A stretch of DNA of 64,000 bases from Candidatus Giovannonibacteria bacterium (GCA_016176285.1 JACOXM010000002.1:10917-74916), one strand, 5' to 3'; shown: positions 55,057 to 64,000, counted from the stretch's first letter. The notes: generated by a model from the sequence alone, not told the origin. Program-made: numbers and translations.

Positions 55057-57498
55057 TTATCCTGAATTAATCAAACTCGCCCCTGCATGCCTAATTCTAA
55101 TCTCCTCCTCCACTTCCTCGCGGGGGCGGGCGTATTTGGAGCGGGAAAGCTGTTTAATATATTGCGCCATTTCGGGGTTGCCGGTTTCGGGGCGGATTGT
55201 TTTAAGGTTAAACGGCTTCGAGGTTTGGCCGTCAATTAAAAGTTTCATGTAAGCGTTAAAGTTATCGATATTTAAGAGATCGTAAGAATTAAATACCGGC
55301 TCGAATTGTTTTTCCATATATTCCCCGTCGTCGGAGCCGATTCTAAAAGAGCAAATCGAACCTACGTTTCCAAAGACAGCTTTTTTAATATCCTCGTCGA
55401 GCTGTCCTATAAATTGATGCACTAGAGTCAGATTCAATTTATACTTTCTCGCCTCGGAAAGAATTGTGGCAATGGATTTTGTGGTCACGTTTTGGAACTC
55501 ATCAATATATAGATAAAAATCTTTGCGGTCCTCCTCCGCGCTGTCTACGCGGGATAATGCCGCCATCAGAATTTTCCCGACCATTATTAATCCTAGGAGG
55601 CTCGCGTTAAGTTCGCCAAGCCGCCCCTTGGATAAATTCAACAAAAGAATTTTTTTCTGGTCCATCGCCTCGCGGACATTGAACGCTGATTTTTCCTGCG
55701 CGATAATCGGGCGCATAATTTCGTTCGCGAGGAAAGTATCGAATTTCGAAACCACATAAGGAACCATATTTTGCAAAGATGCTTCGCCCCCCGCCTTCTC
55801 CGCGATCTGCTTCCAAAAAGTGTCAACGACGATATTTTTCGAACGCGAAAGCTTATAGTCCCGGTATGCCTTATCCGCGAGCACCCGTTCGATTTCAAGA
55901 AGAGTATTTCCGGATTCCGGGTCCTCCATTACAAGCAAAGTCGCGTTTCTGAAATATTGCTCGAACATCGGCCCGCCAGAGACCGACATATTGAAAAGTT
56001 TATTGAAAATTTCCAAAAGTTCATTCACTATCATAGTCTTCTGTTCGGGACGCATAGGATCATATTCGAGCATGTTGAGGCCCATCGGATATTGAACATC
56101 ACCCGGATCAAAATAAATTACATCTTCGGCTCTTTCTTGTGGTATTAATCCCAAAATTTTTTCTATCAACTCTCCGTGCGGATCAATTACCGCAACACCT
56201 TCGCCATTTTTAATATCTTGCGCGATCATATTATGCATAAGCGCGGATTTCCCGGTGCCGGTCTGCCCGATGATATAGAAGTGCCGCCTCCGGTCGTCTT
56301 TTTTTATGTAAACATTTCCCAGTTCGCCGCGGAAAGAACTATTCCCCAAAAGAACGCCCTCCCTCGGCATATTTACGGGCGGGGTCGCTTCGCGGGCCTT
56401 AAGCATCCTAACCTGCGGGGCGGCTTTTTTTGAATAAGGGAAATGATACAAGCTTGAAATTTCCTCCACATTCATAGGCATCGCCTCGCTTTCATCAAAG
56501 AATCGGAAAGAAAAATTTTCAGTTAATTTTTTAAGCCCTGCGCCAAAAACATTTTTTATTTTAAAGGCATTCCCCTCGGGAATCGAAAATTGGTAAAACC
56601 CGGCTTCGAACTCTTTCATTATCCTGTCAACTTCCTCGTTATTTTCGGCGGAAACTATCAGGCGTACATTTACGTCGAAAGTGATTTTAGAAACTTTTTC
56701 CTCAAGAAGCTTCACCAATTCCTCGTCGTAAACGGGGGCATTGGTTTTTTCTTCTGGTTTAGGTTTTTTCTGCTGTTTGAAAACGTCTATCGTGTGCTCC
56801 GCGATATTCTTCTCACCCAAAACATCCCGCCTTTTCTTCCCTTCTTTTAACCTTTCTATAACTTTGTGGATGGGCTTCTCTAATTTTTTCCCCGCCGGGC
56901 GCAAAACTATCTGCAGCGCCGCACCCTCTCCGAATTCCTTGATTTTTGAAAAAGCGGAAGTGATGGTCTCGACCGGATCGGACTCAATTTTCTGGTAAGT
57001 TTTAATGGGAAGAAATTTATTTCTCTCTAACCCCAAAAGTGCCCCGCGAGAAACTCCGTTCGGATGAAAAATATTATAATCCTCCACTTTTTCGATTTTC
57101 GCGTCGGGGTAAGCGCCATGAATCTGGCTTTCAAGCAATTTCGCAAATTTCCTTGGAAACGCTACATAAAAAAAGATCTCCGACCCGTCGTTGTGCGCGG
57201 CGAGTTCCAGCGCGAAAGAATTGCCCTTGCCGAAAATTTCCCCGAAAATAGTTCCGCTCTTTAAACCCGAAAGTCCCATGAGAAATTTTTCCATATGCGC
57301 GATGAAATTTTTCCTGGCTTCCGTTGGATTTTCGTTTTTTTCTTCGCGGTTTTCCGGAAGCGAAACTAAAAAAAGCTGCTCCGAGAGGCTCGAAGAGATC
57401 GAATTTATCCGCTTATATCTTAAAAAAACGTATAAAATTAAAAGGATCGGCAGAGCCGCGAAAAACAAAATCGTGAGAAGCAGATAATCAGAACTCAT
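55057..57498 (-). CDS. Membrane-anchored FtsK/HerA/VirB4/TraG-superfamily P-loop ATPase (813 aa)
   Basis: N-terminal TM. Walker A HFYIIGQTGTGKS followed by VAVIDPHGE (DPxGE, as in HerA/TraG-type ATPases). Walker B FYLYIDEFQN. Post-Walker-B segment KYKLNLTLVHQ. Confidence 0.5.
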   Translation of the reverse strand: MSSDYLLLTILFFAALPILLILYVFLRYKRINSISSSLSEQLFLVSLPENREEKNENPTEARKNFIAHMEKFLMGLSGLKSGTIFGEIFGKGNSFALELAAHNDGSEIFFYVAFPRKFAKLLESQIHGAYPDAKIEKVEDYNIFHPNGVSRGALLGLERNKFLPIKTYQKIESDPVETITSAFSKIKEFGEGAALQIVLRPAGKKLEKPIHKVIERLKEGKKRRDVLGEKNIAEHTIDVFKQQKKPKPEEKTNAPVYDEELVKLLEEKVSKITFDVNVRLIVSAENNEEVDRIMKEFEAGFYQFSIPEGNAFKIKNVFGAGLKKLTENFSFRFFDESEAMPMNVEEISSLYHFPYSKKAAPQVRMLKAREATPPVNMPREGVLLGNSSFRGELGNVYIKKDDRRRHFYIIGQTGTGKSALMHNMIAQDIKNGEGVAVIDPHGELIEKILGLIPQERAEDVIYFDPGDVQYPMGLNMLEYDPMRPEQKTMIVNELLEIFNKLFNMSVSGGPMFEQYFRNATLLVMEDPESGNTLLEIERVLADKAYRDYKLSRSKNIVVDTFWKQIAEKAGGEASLQNMVPYVVSKFDTFLANEIMRPIIAQEKSAFNVREAMDQKKILLLNLSKGRLGELNASLLGLIMVGKILMAALSRVDSAEEDRKDFYLYIDEFQNVTTKSIATILSEARKYKLNLTLVHQFIGQLDEDIKKAVFGNVGSICSFRIGSDDGEYMEKQFEPVFNSYDLLNIDNFNAYMKLLIDGQTSKPFNLKTIRPETGNPEMAQYIKQLSRSKYARPREEVEEEIRIRHAGASLINSG

Positions 57499-57891
57499 TT
57501 ATTTCAGTTTTCTCGCGTCCAAAAGCTTTTGATAATATTTATCCGCCAAAGTGTCATGGAATTCGTCCATTAAATGGGGGTTATTAAGAGACCGGGCAAC
57601 CTTAAAGGCGGAAGCCAGATCTTTTGAAAGCGCCACATTCACGAGCCCTTCGATTATTTCGTGATGCTTTTTTTCCTGTAAATCCGCCGAAGTTTTTTTT
57701 GCATCATCGTCGGAAATAGTTGATCTTGCCGGAGGCGGCAGAGTCGTCGCCGTGGGAACTTCTTTAATTACGTCTTTTACAATTTCCCTCTCTTCTTTTG
57801 ACTCCACGCCGGAAGCCACAAGCTCGCGTTTTTTTGCCTCGAGCCGCTCCTCAAGCCATTTTATATCTTCATGTATTTGTTCCTGTGCCAT
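57499..57891 (-). CDS. Hypothetical coiled-coil protein, translationally coupled to the ATPase gene
   Basis: Its stop abuts the ATPase start codon. Charged, helical composition. Confidence 0.3.
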   Translation of the reverse strand: MAQEQIHEDIKWLEERLEAKKRELVASGVESKEEREIVKDVIKEVPTATTLPPPARSTISDDDAKKTSADLQEKKHHEIIEGLVNVALSKDLASAFKVARSLNNPHLMDEFHDTLADKYYQKLLDARKLK

Positions 57892-57924
57892 AGACTTATT
57901 TTAACCTATTGTTAAAATTAACGC

Positions 57925-58482
57925 ATGGAAAAAACACCAGGCCCTGAACAGCCACCCACACAGGAGGAGATTATTCAAAAAGAGGCCTTAAGAACTGAAA
58001 AAATCTCATCTAACTTATTAAATATAAGCACCGATAGGGAAAAGAATAAATTTTATCCTCTCTTAAATTTAAATTTTGACTTAAAACCATATATAAAAGA
58101 AATTATTCCGGAGAAAAAAGGGAATGAAATACAAGGTGAAAGTGAACTAAGGGATGCGCAGAACAAAACTATAAGTCTCATCTTTGAATCTGCCGCGCAG
58201 ATCGCGATGGATAAAAAATCGCAGATAAAAATAGTTCGAGATGATCCTAATTCTCTAATGGCCTTATACCAAGCAATGAATGTGGGACAAAGATATTATG
58301 AAGAACTTAGCCATAGCCGACCGGAAGAAATTAAATCGGTTTTGGAAAACCTACTCATTAAGAGCAAAAGAAAAGAAAAACCAAAGGAAAATGAAATTAT
58401 AGAATTTTCTAAAATACTTACTAAGGCACAACTATCATTGAGAAAAAGAATAGAAGCTCTGCGCGGATATCAAGGCAGATAA
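57925..58482 (+). CDS. Hypothetical protein
   Basis: ORF only. Divergent from the ATPase operon. Confidence 0.3.
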   Translation: MEKTPGPEQPPTQEEIIQKEALRTEKISSNLLNISTDREKNKFYPLLNLNFDLKPYIKEIIPEKKGNEIQGESELRDAQNKTISLIFESAAQIAMDKKSQIKIVRDDPNSLMALYQAMNVGQRYYEELSHSRPEEIKSVLENLLIKSKRKEKPKENEIIEFSKILTKAQLSLRKRIEALRGYQGR

Positions 58483-58484
58483 AC

Positions 58485-59648
58485 TTACGGAATCAGCGAT
58501 CTCAGCCAGGCGGAAATTTTTTGGCGCCACTCCGACGGTTTTTTCGATTCCGGCAGAGATTCCTGATCTAAGCCTATGAGCGCAGCTCCCAGGGCGGAAG
58601 ACCAAACCGGATCCTGCAATCTGTGCCCGCTTGCCAGCTCTTCACATGTCCCAAGAGTTACAGGAAGCCTTAATGCGTATTTTGAGAATTCTTCAAGCCC
58701 CGTGAGCTTGGAAGCACCGCCGGACAAAACCACTCCACCCGGCAAAAGCCCCTGCCGCCCAATTTTTTTCAGGTGATTATCTATAAGCTCGAAGGTGTCT
58801 TCAAGCCTCGCTTCAACAATATGCTGAAATTTTTTCTTTGCCTGCGCCGTTTCGTCCGGAAGCTTCATCTCCATTTTAATTTCCTCGGCTTTATCCAGGC
58901 TTATTTGAAAGCCAAGCGCGATGTCATTCGTAATGTGCGATCCCCCATACGGGAAAACCGCGACGGAATAAGGCATATTCTCCTCAAAAACTGCTAGATC
59001 GGTCGTATCTGACCCGATATCCAAAACAAGCGCTCCCGCTTCCTTCTGCCTCTGCGTGAGTAATGATCTCGCCGCGGCTATCGGACCCGGTATTACGTCA
59101 TCAATTATTACGCCCGCCTCCTCAACCACAGAAATCATTTCTTTTAGCGGCTTTAACATAGAAGTTATGAATAACACCTCCGCCTCCAAATTTTCTCCCC
59201 TGATACCGACGGGGTCCCTGAAGGCCAATTCCGAATCAACGCTATAATTAAGTCCGTATGTATCTAAAATTTCCTTGTTTGATAAATCTTTGGAGGAAGG
59301 CTTCGCCTGCGCCAAAACCCTTTCTACGTCATAATGCCCAACCTCCCCGGATGCTTGGGCAATAGCGATACGCGCCCTTACTTTGTTAAAACTTATTGCC
59401 GGGGTTCCAAAAGCCAAAAAGGCATGTTTAAAAGGGATCCCGGAGAATCTTTCAACTTCCTCAATTGCCGACTTTAACCTTTTTAATAGAAGCTGTGGGG
59501 AATTAACCATCCCTCTCCTAACCCCCTGCGAAGGCACTAGGGAAGCGCCCAAAATATGAATGCCGGAATCAGGCGACTTCCTTTCCGCAGTTAATACTTT
59601 AATTCCGTGTGAACCGATATCTAAAACGTGGACTATATTCCTAGGCAT
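58485..59648 (-). CDS. Actin-like ATPase, FtsA-like (alternatively PilM-like)
   Basis: HVLDIGSHGIKVL phosphate-1 motif, then VLDIGSDTTDLAVF and GVVLSGGASKLTGL. Confidence 0.55.
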   Translation of the reverse strand: MPRNIVHVLDIGSHGIKVLTAERKSPDSGIHILGASLVPSQGVRRGMVNSPQLLLKRLKSAIEEVERFSGIPFKHAFLAFGTPAISFNKVRARIAIAQASGEVGHYDVERVLAQAKPSSKDLSNKEILDTYGLNYSVDSELAFRDPVGIRGENLEAEVLFITSMLKPLKEMISVVEEAGVIIDDVIPGPIAAARSLLTQRQKEAGALVLDIGSDTTDLAVFEENMPYSVAVFPYGGSHITNDIALGFQISLDKAEEIKMEMKLPDETAQAKKKFQHIVEARLEDTFELIDNHLKKIGRQGLLPGGVVLSGGASKLTGLEEFSKYALRLPVTLGTCEELASGHRLQDPVWSSALGAALIGLDQESLPESKKPSEWRQKISAWLRSLIP

Positions 59649-60001
59649 AACTTATTCTCTAACACTTCCATTTTTTTTCCATGTGAATACCCCTTTAAAT
59701 GCAAAAGTCCGTGTATGTAAAGCGCCCAAAGGTGCTTTTTATAACTTCTATTGTATTTTAATAATTCTTTTTTGATAAAATCTGGTTCGAGAACTATCTG
59801 GCCATGCCCGGAATCAATATTAAACGACAAAACGTTGGTACTCTTCGGAATATTTCTGTAAATAGTTGAAATCTTTTTCATATAACTGGGGGTTGCAAAA
59901 ATAAGGTCTAATTCATATTTTTTCCCAAACATTTTACGAAGCGCCTTTTCATACGGCAAAAATGGCGTCTTCGCCCTCGTCATTCTTACAAAAGTTAACA
60001 C
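59633..60001 (-). CDS. ybeY: rRNA maturation RNase YbeY
   Basis: HGLLHLKGYSH metal-binding motif, ~122 aa. Confidence 0.85.
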   Translation of the reverse strand: MLTFVRMTRAKTPFLPYEKALRKMFGKKYELDLIFATPSYMKKISTIYRNIPKSTNVLSFNIDSGHGQIVLEPDFIKKELLKYNRSYKKHLWALYIHGLLHLKGYSHGKKMEVLENKLCLGI

Positions 60002-60471
60002 TAGTTTATAAGGAGCTTTTTTAACAATGTGGAAATTCTGTCGCCGGAAGCCTTTCCCTTCAATATCGGCATTGATGACTTCATAACTTTTCCAAAATCT
60101 TTTTCTCCGGAAGCTCCTGTTTCCCGTATACCCTCTTTTAAAATCCTTTCGAGCTCCGCATCGGAAATTTCAGCCGGGAGATAAGCTTGAATGATTTTAA
60201 GCTCGTCATTTTCTTTATCCGCAAGATCATCCCTTCCTGCCTTATGAAATTCTTGGGCGGCATCCTTTCTCTTTTTTGCCTCACCCTTTAAAACTTCGGC
60301 AGTCTCTTCATCGGAAAGGCCAGTCTCCTTTTTTAGGAGCTGGATCGCTTTGTTATGGATGGCATTTTGCGACATCCGCAGAGTTGATACCTTGAGAGAT
60401 TCCCCGGCCTTCAGCGCCGATTTCAAATCATCTTCAATTTTCTGGGAAAGCTCTCCTGGCATATTATTCAA
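60001..60471 (-). CDS. GatB/YqeY-domain protein
   Basis: N-terminal pattern LKSALKAGESLKVSTLRM and the usual YqeY helical bundle size. Confidence 0.65.
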   Translation of the reverse strand: MNNMPGELSQKIEDDLKSALKAGESLKVSTLRMSQNAIHNKAIQLLKKETGLSDEETAEVLKGEAKKRKDAAQEFHKAGRDDLADKENDELKIIQAYLPAEISDAELERILKEGIRETGASGEKDFGKVMKSSMPILKGKASGDRISTLLKKLLIN

Positions 60472-60682
60472 TTTTACCTAATTTCCTCTGCTTCTCCATG
60501 TCTTTCTGCCAAGCCATCCGCCTTAGCGCCTCTTTTTTCTTTTTATAGTTGGACTTGCTTCTCGCCCTGTATTGGCGCGATCTGGCTTCGACTAAAACTT
60601 TGGAACGCATTATTTTTTTTGTGAATCTCCGAAGAAGCCCTCCGATTGACTCACTATCCCTTCTTTTAACTTCTACTGCCAT
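60464..60682 (-). CDS. rpsU: 30S ribosomal protein S21
   Basis: MAVEVKRRDSESIGGLLRRFTKKIMRSKVLVEARSRQYRARSK fits S21. Confidence 0.75.
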   Translation of the reverse strand: MAVEVKRRDSESIGGLLRRFTKKIMRSKVLVEARSRQYRARSKSNYKKKKEALRRMAWQKDMEKQRKLGKIE

Positions 60683-60684
60683 AA

Positions 60685-61026
60685 TTATACTTCAATATTA
60701 TCTGGCTTATCATTCCATCCCCCCAAAAGATGGAGATGGACATGATCAACTACCTGCCCACCCTTTCGACCTACGTTAAAAACTAATTTATAACCTTCTA
60801 AATTCCGTGATTTGGCTATTTCTTTCGCCGCCAGAATCATTTCTCCTGGTAAGCGCGGATCGGAAGAATCCAAATTCTCTACAGATGATATATGCTCTTT
60901 AGGAATAATTAAAGCATGAAACGGCGCTTTTGGCATTATATCTTTAAAAGCCAAAAGGCCCTCTTTTTCATAAATAATTTCCGCCGGCATTTCTTTATTT
61001 GATATTTTACAAAATACGCAATCCAT
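60685..61026 (-). CDS. HIT-family protein (Hint-like)
   Basis: FHALIIPKEH and the histidine triad HVHLHLLGG. Confidence 0.8.
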   Translation of the reverse strand: MDCVFCKISNKEMPAEIIYEKEGLLAFKDIMPKAPFHALIIPKEHISSVENLDSSDPRLPGEMILAAKEIAKSRNLEGYKLVFNVGRKGGQVVDHVHLHLLGGWNDKPDNIEV

Positions 61027-62353
61027 CAGCCGATGATTCCTTTAGTTTTAATTTAAGTCTTTCGATCGCCCTATCGACAGGGAGAGTTTCCTGCATGCCG
61101 GAATCCATATCCCGCAAGATTATACTTCCATCCAAAGCTTCCTTCTGTCCAATTATCAAACTGTATAGAACCCCGAGTTTTGAAGCGAGCCGCAGCTGTC
61201 CGCGGATTGAATCCTTTGAAAGGGACTGCGCTAAAGGTATTTTTGCTTTTCTTAAATCTTCCATTAAACCAAGCGTCCTTCTTTTAGCCGCCACCCCGAG
61301 CTGAATCAAAAAGACCTTAGGTTTTTCCTTTTTTGTAAATTCTTCGCGGCCATTTTCGTCCAACTTTTCCATCAAAACCGAAACAACGCGGTCAAGGCCG
61401 ATGCCCCCTCCCGCTCCCGGCAAATCTTTTCCGCCTAAAACTTGCGCCAAATAGTCATAGCGCCCGCCCCCAGCCACGGAAAGATTTTTCACCTCTTCAG
61501 TACCATCCTCTTTTACGGTTTTTATATTCGCGACAAATTCAAAAACCGTCCGGGTGTAATAATCAAAGCCCCGCACGAGATTGCCATTCAGCCTGTATGG
61601 TATTTCAAGCGCGTCCATAAATTCCAAAACCTCCTTGAAATGCGCCTTGCATTCATCGCATACATATTCGAGCATTTGGGGAGCTTTCGCCTTAAATTCC
61701 TGGCATACCGCCTCCTTGCAATCAAGGAGCCTCATGGGGTTTTCTTTAAATCTGCGCTTGCAGTCCTTGCAAAGTTTTTCCAAGTGTTTGCGGTAGTAAG
61801 ATGTAAGTTCTTTTCTCCAGGATCCGCGGCATTCCTTGTCGCCCAATGTGTTTAATTCGAGGCTCGTATCAATTCCCAGTTCTTTGAATATGATGCTGAA
61901 AACCCGGATGACAGTTGCCTCCGCCACGGCTAAATCTTCACCCAAAATTTCAACATCGAACTGCCCGAACTCCCTGAACCTTCCCCGCTGGGGAGATTCG
62001 TGCCTAAAAAAAGAACCGTTCTCGTAGAGTAAAACCGGTTGCGGGAGTGACTGCATTCCATGTTCAAAATATGCCCGTACAATCGGAACGGTCGCCTCCG
62101 GCCTTAAAACAAGTGAATCGCCTCCCCTCGTTTTAAAAGTGTACATTTGTTTTTCAACAACATCAGTCGTGTCTCCAAGTGAAGCCGAAAAAAGTTCCGA
62201 GTGTTCAAAATGCGGAGTTTGGATTTCCGAAAAACCGTAATAACGCGCAATTTCTTCCGCTATACCCGAAACTCTTTTCCAAATTTCTAATTCTTCGCCG
62301 ATCAAATCCCTCGTCCCCCGCGGAGTCTGCAGCAGCTCTTTCTTTACTTTCAT
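61007..62353 (-). CDS. hisS: Histidyl-tRNA synthetase
   Basis: Class II motifs, including motif 3 GGGRYDYL. ~448 aa with an HisRS-type anticodon-binding C-terminus. Confidence 0.9.
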   Translation of the reverse strand: MKVKKELLQTPRGTRDLIGEELEIWKRVSGIAEEIARYYGFSEIQTPHFEHSELFSASLGDTTDVVEKQMYTFKTRGGDSLVLRPEATVPIVRAYFEHGMQSLPQPVLLYENGSFFRHESPQRGRFREFGQFDVEILGEDLAVAEATVIRVFSIIFKELGIDTSLELNTLGDKECRGSWRKELTSYYRKHLEKLCKDCKRRFKENPMRLLDCKEAVCQEFKAKAPQMLEYVCDECKAHFKEVLEFMDALEIPYRLNGNLVRGFDYYTRTVFEFVANIKTVKEDGTEEVKNLSVAGGGRYDYLAQVLGGKDLPGAGGGIGLDRVVSVLMEKLDENGREEFTKKEKPKVFLIQLGVAAKRRTLGLMEDLRKAKIPLAQSLSKDSIRGQLRLASKLGVLYSLIIGQKEALDGSIILRDMDSGMQETLPVDRAIERLKLKLKESSADGLRIL

Positions 62354-62904
62354 AAACTATAATTAAAATTTCCTGGTAAAAAATCAATTCTTGGCGGCGG
62401 CCATAATCTTATAAAGGCCCTGCCCACAATTAAGCTCTCGTTCAATATGCCCCATTTTCTGGAATCATGCGAAAATAATCGATTGTCTCCGAGCATGAAA
62501 TATTCTTTTTCTCCAAGATTAAAAATTCCATCAGGAGTGGTAAGCGCTTCCCTTAAAAAGGGCTCTCTAAGCTCCTCGTCCTTATCTCCTTTTACGAGAA
62601 AAATCTTATTATCTTTTATTCTAATCGTCTCTCCGGGAAGCCCGATAACTCTTTTTATAAAAAATTTAGAAGGATCCACCGGGTACCTGAAAACCAATAC
62701 TTCCCCGCGCTCGGGAGAACGCAAGTTAAGAGTCAATTCATCTATAATCAAATACTCCCCATCCTCAAATGTGGGCTCCATGGATGCCCCTTTTACTAAA
62801 AAAGGCTGGGCTACCCAGGTCCTTACAGGAATTATTATGATAGCGGCAACTATGATAAAGCGCAGAAAATCCCTCCAAAAAGAATTTTGAGACATATTTA
62901 ACAA
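62350..62904 (-). CDS. lepB: Signal peptidase I
   Basis: N-terminal TM, catalytic Ser context VKGASMEPTF and Lys box GDNRLFSHDSR. Confidence 0.8.
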   Translation of the reverse strand: MLNMSQNSFWRDFLRFIIVAAIIIIPVRTWVAQPFLVKGASMEPTFEDGEYLIIDELTLNLRSPERGEVLVFRYPVDPSKFFIKRVIGLPGETIRIKDNKIFLVKGDKDEELREPFLREALTTPDGIFNLGEKEYFMLGDNRLFSHDSRKWGILNESLIVGRAFIRLWPPPRIDFLPGNFNYSL

Positions 62905-62953
62905 AAGTAATAAATTTCTTCGAAATAATCAAGAGCCATGATAAAATTCGCTT

Positions 62954-63496
62954 ATGTCTGCTTATTGTATAGTGGGTCTCGGGAATCCAGGAACGGAATA
63001 TGACGACACTCCGCATAATACGGGGAAGTTTATGGCCGAGCTTTTTTCTAAGAAATACGAGGAGAAAAAGGCTAAAATAATCTTGCCTAGTGTTTTTATG
63101 AACCAGTCCGGGAAAGCAGTTAAAGGAATCCCCGCAAAGTGGCTTATTTTACTGCATGACGATATTGATTTGCCTCTTGGGAAATTCAAAATAGTCTTTA
63201 ATCGCGGCTCAGGCGGGCATAAGGGGGTGGAATCCGTGATCCGCGCGATTGGATCGCAGAAGTTTCTCCGGATAAGGATTGGGATTTGTCCGCCCAAGAA
63301 ACCTGCCCGCAATGCTACGCATAGCGTTGCAGGCGGGAAACCGAACCACAGGGAACTTATGAAATTCCTCACACATAAATTCAAACCGTCTGAATCGGCC
63401 GCGATCAAAAAAATATCCAAAAAAATCCTAGAAGCTCTCGAGACAATCATCACCGAAGGGCCCGAAAAAGCGATGACGCTTTATAATAATAATTAA
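62954..63496 (+). CDS. pth: Peptidyl-tRNA hydrolase
   Basis: IVGLGNPGTEYDDTPHNTG N-terminal signature. Confidence 0.85.
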   Translation: MSAYCIVGLGNPGTEYDDTPHNTGKFMAELFSKKYEEKKAKIILPSVFMNQSGKAVKGIPAKWLILLHDDIDLPLGKFKIVFNRGSGGHKGVESVIRAIGSQKFLRIRIGICPPKKPARNATHSVAGGKPNHRELMKFLTHKFKPSESAAIKKISKKILEALETIITEGPEKAMTLYNNN

Positions 63497-63500
63497 TTAT

Positions 63501-64000
63501 ATGAATGGGCCCTCCTAAAACACTCAACGAAATAATAATTTTTGCACCTACCCCGTCTTTTCTGGAACGGGGTGATTTGAGTTTGGATAAAAATTTGGCT
63601 GAATATAAAAAACTTCGCGCGCACAATAATTTTTGGCGAAGAAATACTATTTTTATAGAAATAGGAGAAACAAGAAAGCCTTCTGAATTAATCCGCGAAT
63701 TGTCGGACATGGGCTACGCTCGGCACATGGGGGATTTGCACAAAGGCGAATTTTTTCAGCAGGGCGGACTCATCACCATTTTCCCGATCAATAGCGAAGC
63801 GCCAGTAACTATCGAGTTTAATGGAAATATAATTGCGCATATCCGCGAAGCAAAAATAATTCCGCATGAGAAAAAATTACCGAAGATCGCGAAGCACGAC
63901 TTACAACCAGGCGATTATGTGGTCCATGAAGACCATGGGATTGGCATTTTTAGAGGAAAAGTTAATGGTTATTTGGTGCTCGAGTATGCTCCGGCTAGAA
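63501..64000 (+). CDS. mfd: Transcription-repair coupling factor (Mfd), N-terminal part; runs off window end
   Basis: Not in the ORF track because it has no stop within the window. Contains GDYVVHEDHGIGIFRG, the Mfd GDYVVHxxHGIG motif. Sits in the canonical pth-mfd position. Confidence 0.6.

Noticed and set aside
1-64000. CRISPR arrays or cas operon, suggested by the Cas2-fold protein.
   Set aside because: I found no series of regularly spaced direct repeats anywhere in the window and no cas1 or other cas genes. The only repeats seen are the short palindromic element (two copies) and imperfect repeats in the 16.4-17.1 kb spacer.

Overview
This is a gene-dense, low-GC bacterial chromosome segment. 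Its mix of short housekeeping proteins, archaeal-type enzymes (cupin-type PGI, short CMP kinase), many small membrane proteins and weak Shine-Dalgarno usage is consistent with a CPR/Patescibacteria-like genome. The genetic code is standard: prfB is present and uses UGA as the stop in its frameshift site.

The core content is housekeeping:
- DNA repair and secretion: uvrC (short form), secG, the 5' part of mfd
- RNA processing: rnj, ybeY, and rnpB (RNase P RNA, unannotated, minus strand)
- Translation: trpS, hisS, rpsF-ssb-rpsR with an inserted methyltransferase, rpsU, ychF, lepA, pth, lepB, and prfB with its +1 programmed frameshift
- Cell envelope and division: murJ, ftsE/ftsX, ftsZ, an ftsA-like gene, and two glycosyltransferases
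- Five tRNAs: Leu-CAG, Gln-CTG, Thr-CGT, Gly-CCC, plus a degenerate Leu-like shell

The non-housekeeping highlights are:
1. An intact tRNA-Leu embedded inside the two halves of a second, degenerate tRNA-Leu-like gene, with a 19-bp alternative helix.
2. A ~9-kb, visibly GC-richer redox / thiol-disulfide / metal-stress island next to tRNA-Thr/tRNA-Gly. It runs from ArsR and glutaredoxin through a DsbA pseudogene, DUF-type proteins, NDH-2, DoxX, TrxB, a TlpA-like redoxin, an FMN reductase, a dual-specificity phosphatase and CcdA, plus two unannotated small Cys-rich ORFs.
3. A ~10-kb block wedged between ftsZ and an ftsA-like gene. It encodes a membrane-anchored HerA/VirB4/TraG-like ATPase, an S1 protease, a HExxH metalloprotease, a RelE/Phd toxin-antitoxin pair and a 952-aa Gly/Ala-zipper membrane protein. 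This is the best candidate for an undescribed system in the window.
4. A stand-alone winged-HTH + Cas2-fold protein with no CRISPR array.
5. A giant GC-rich surface protein with a peptidoglycan-binding domain that is split by a frame change.
6. A palindromic element shared between rnpB and a long AT-rich spacer.
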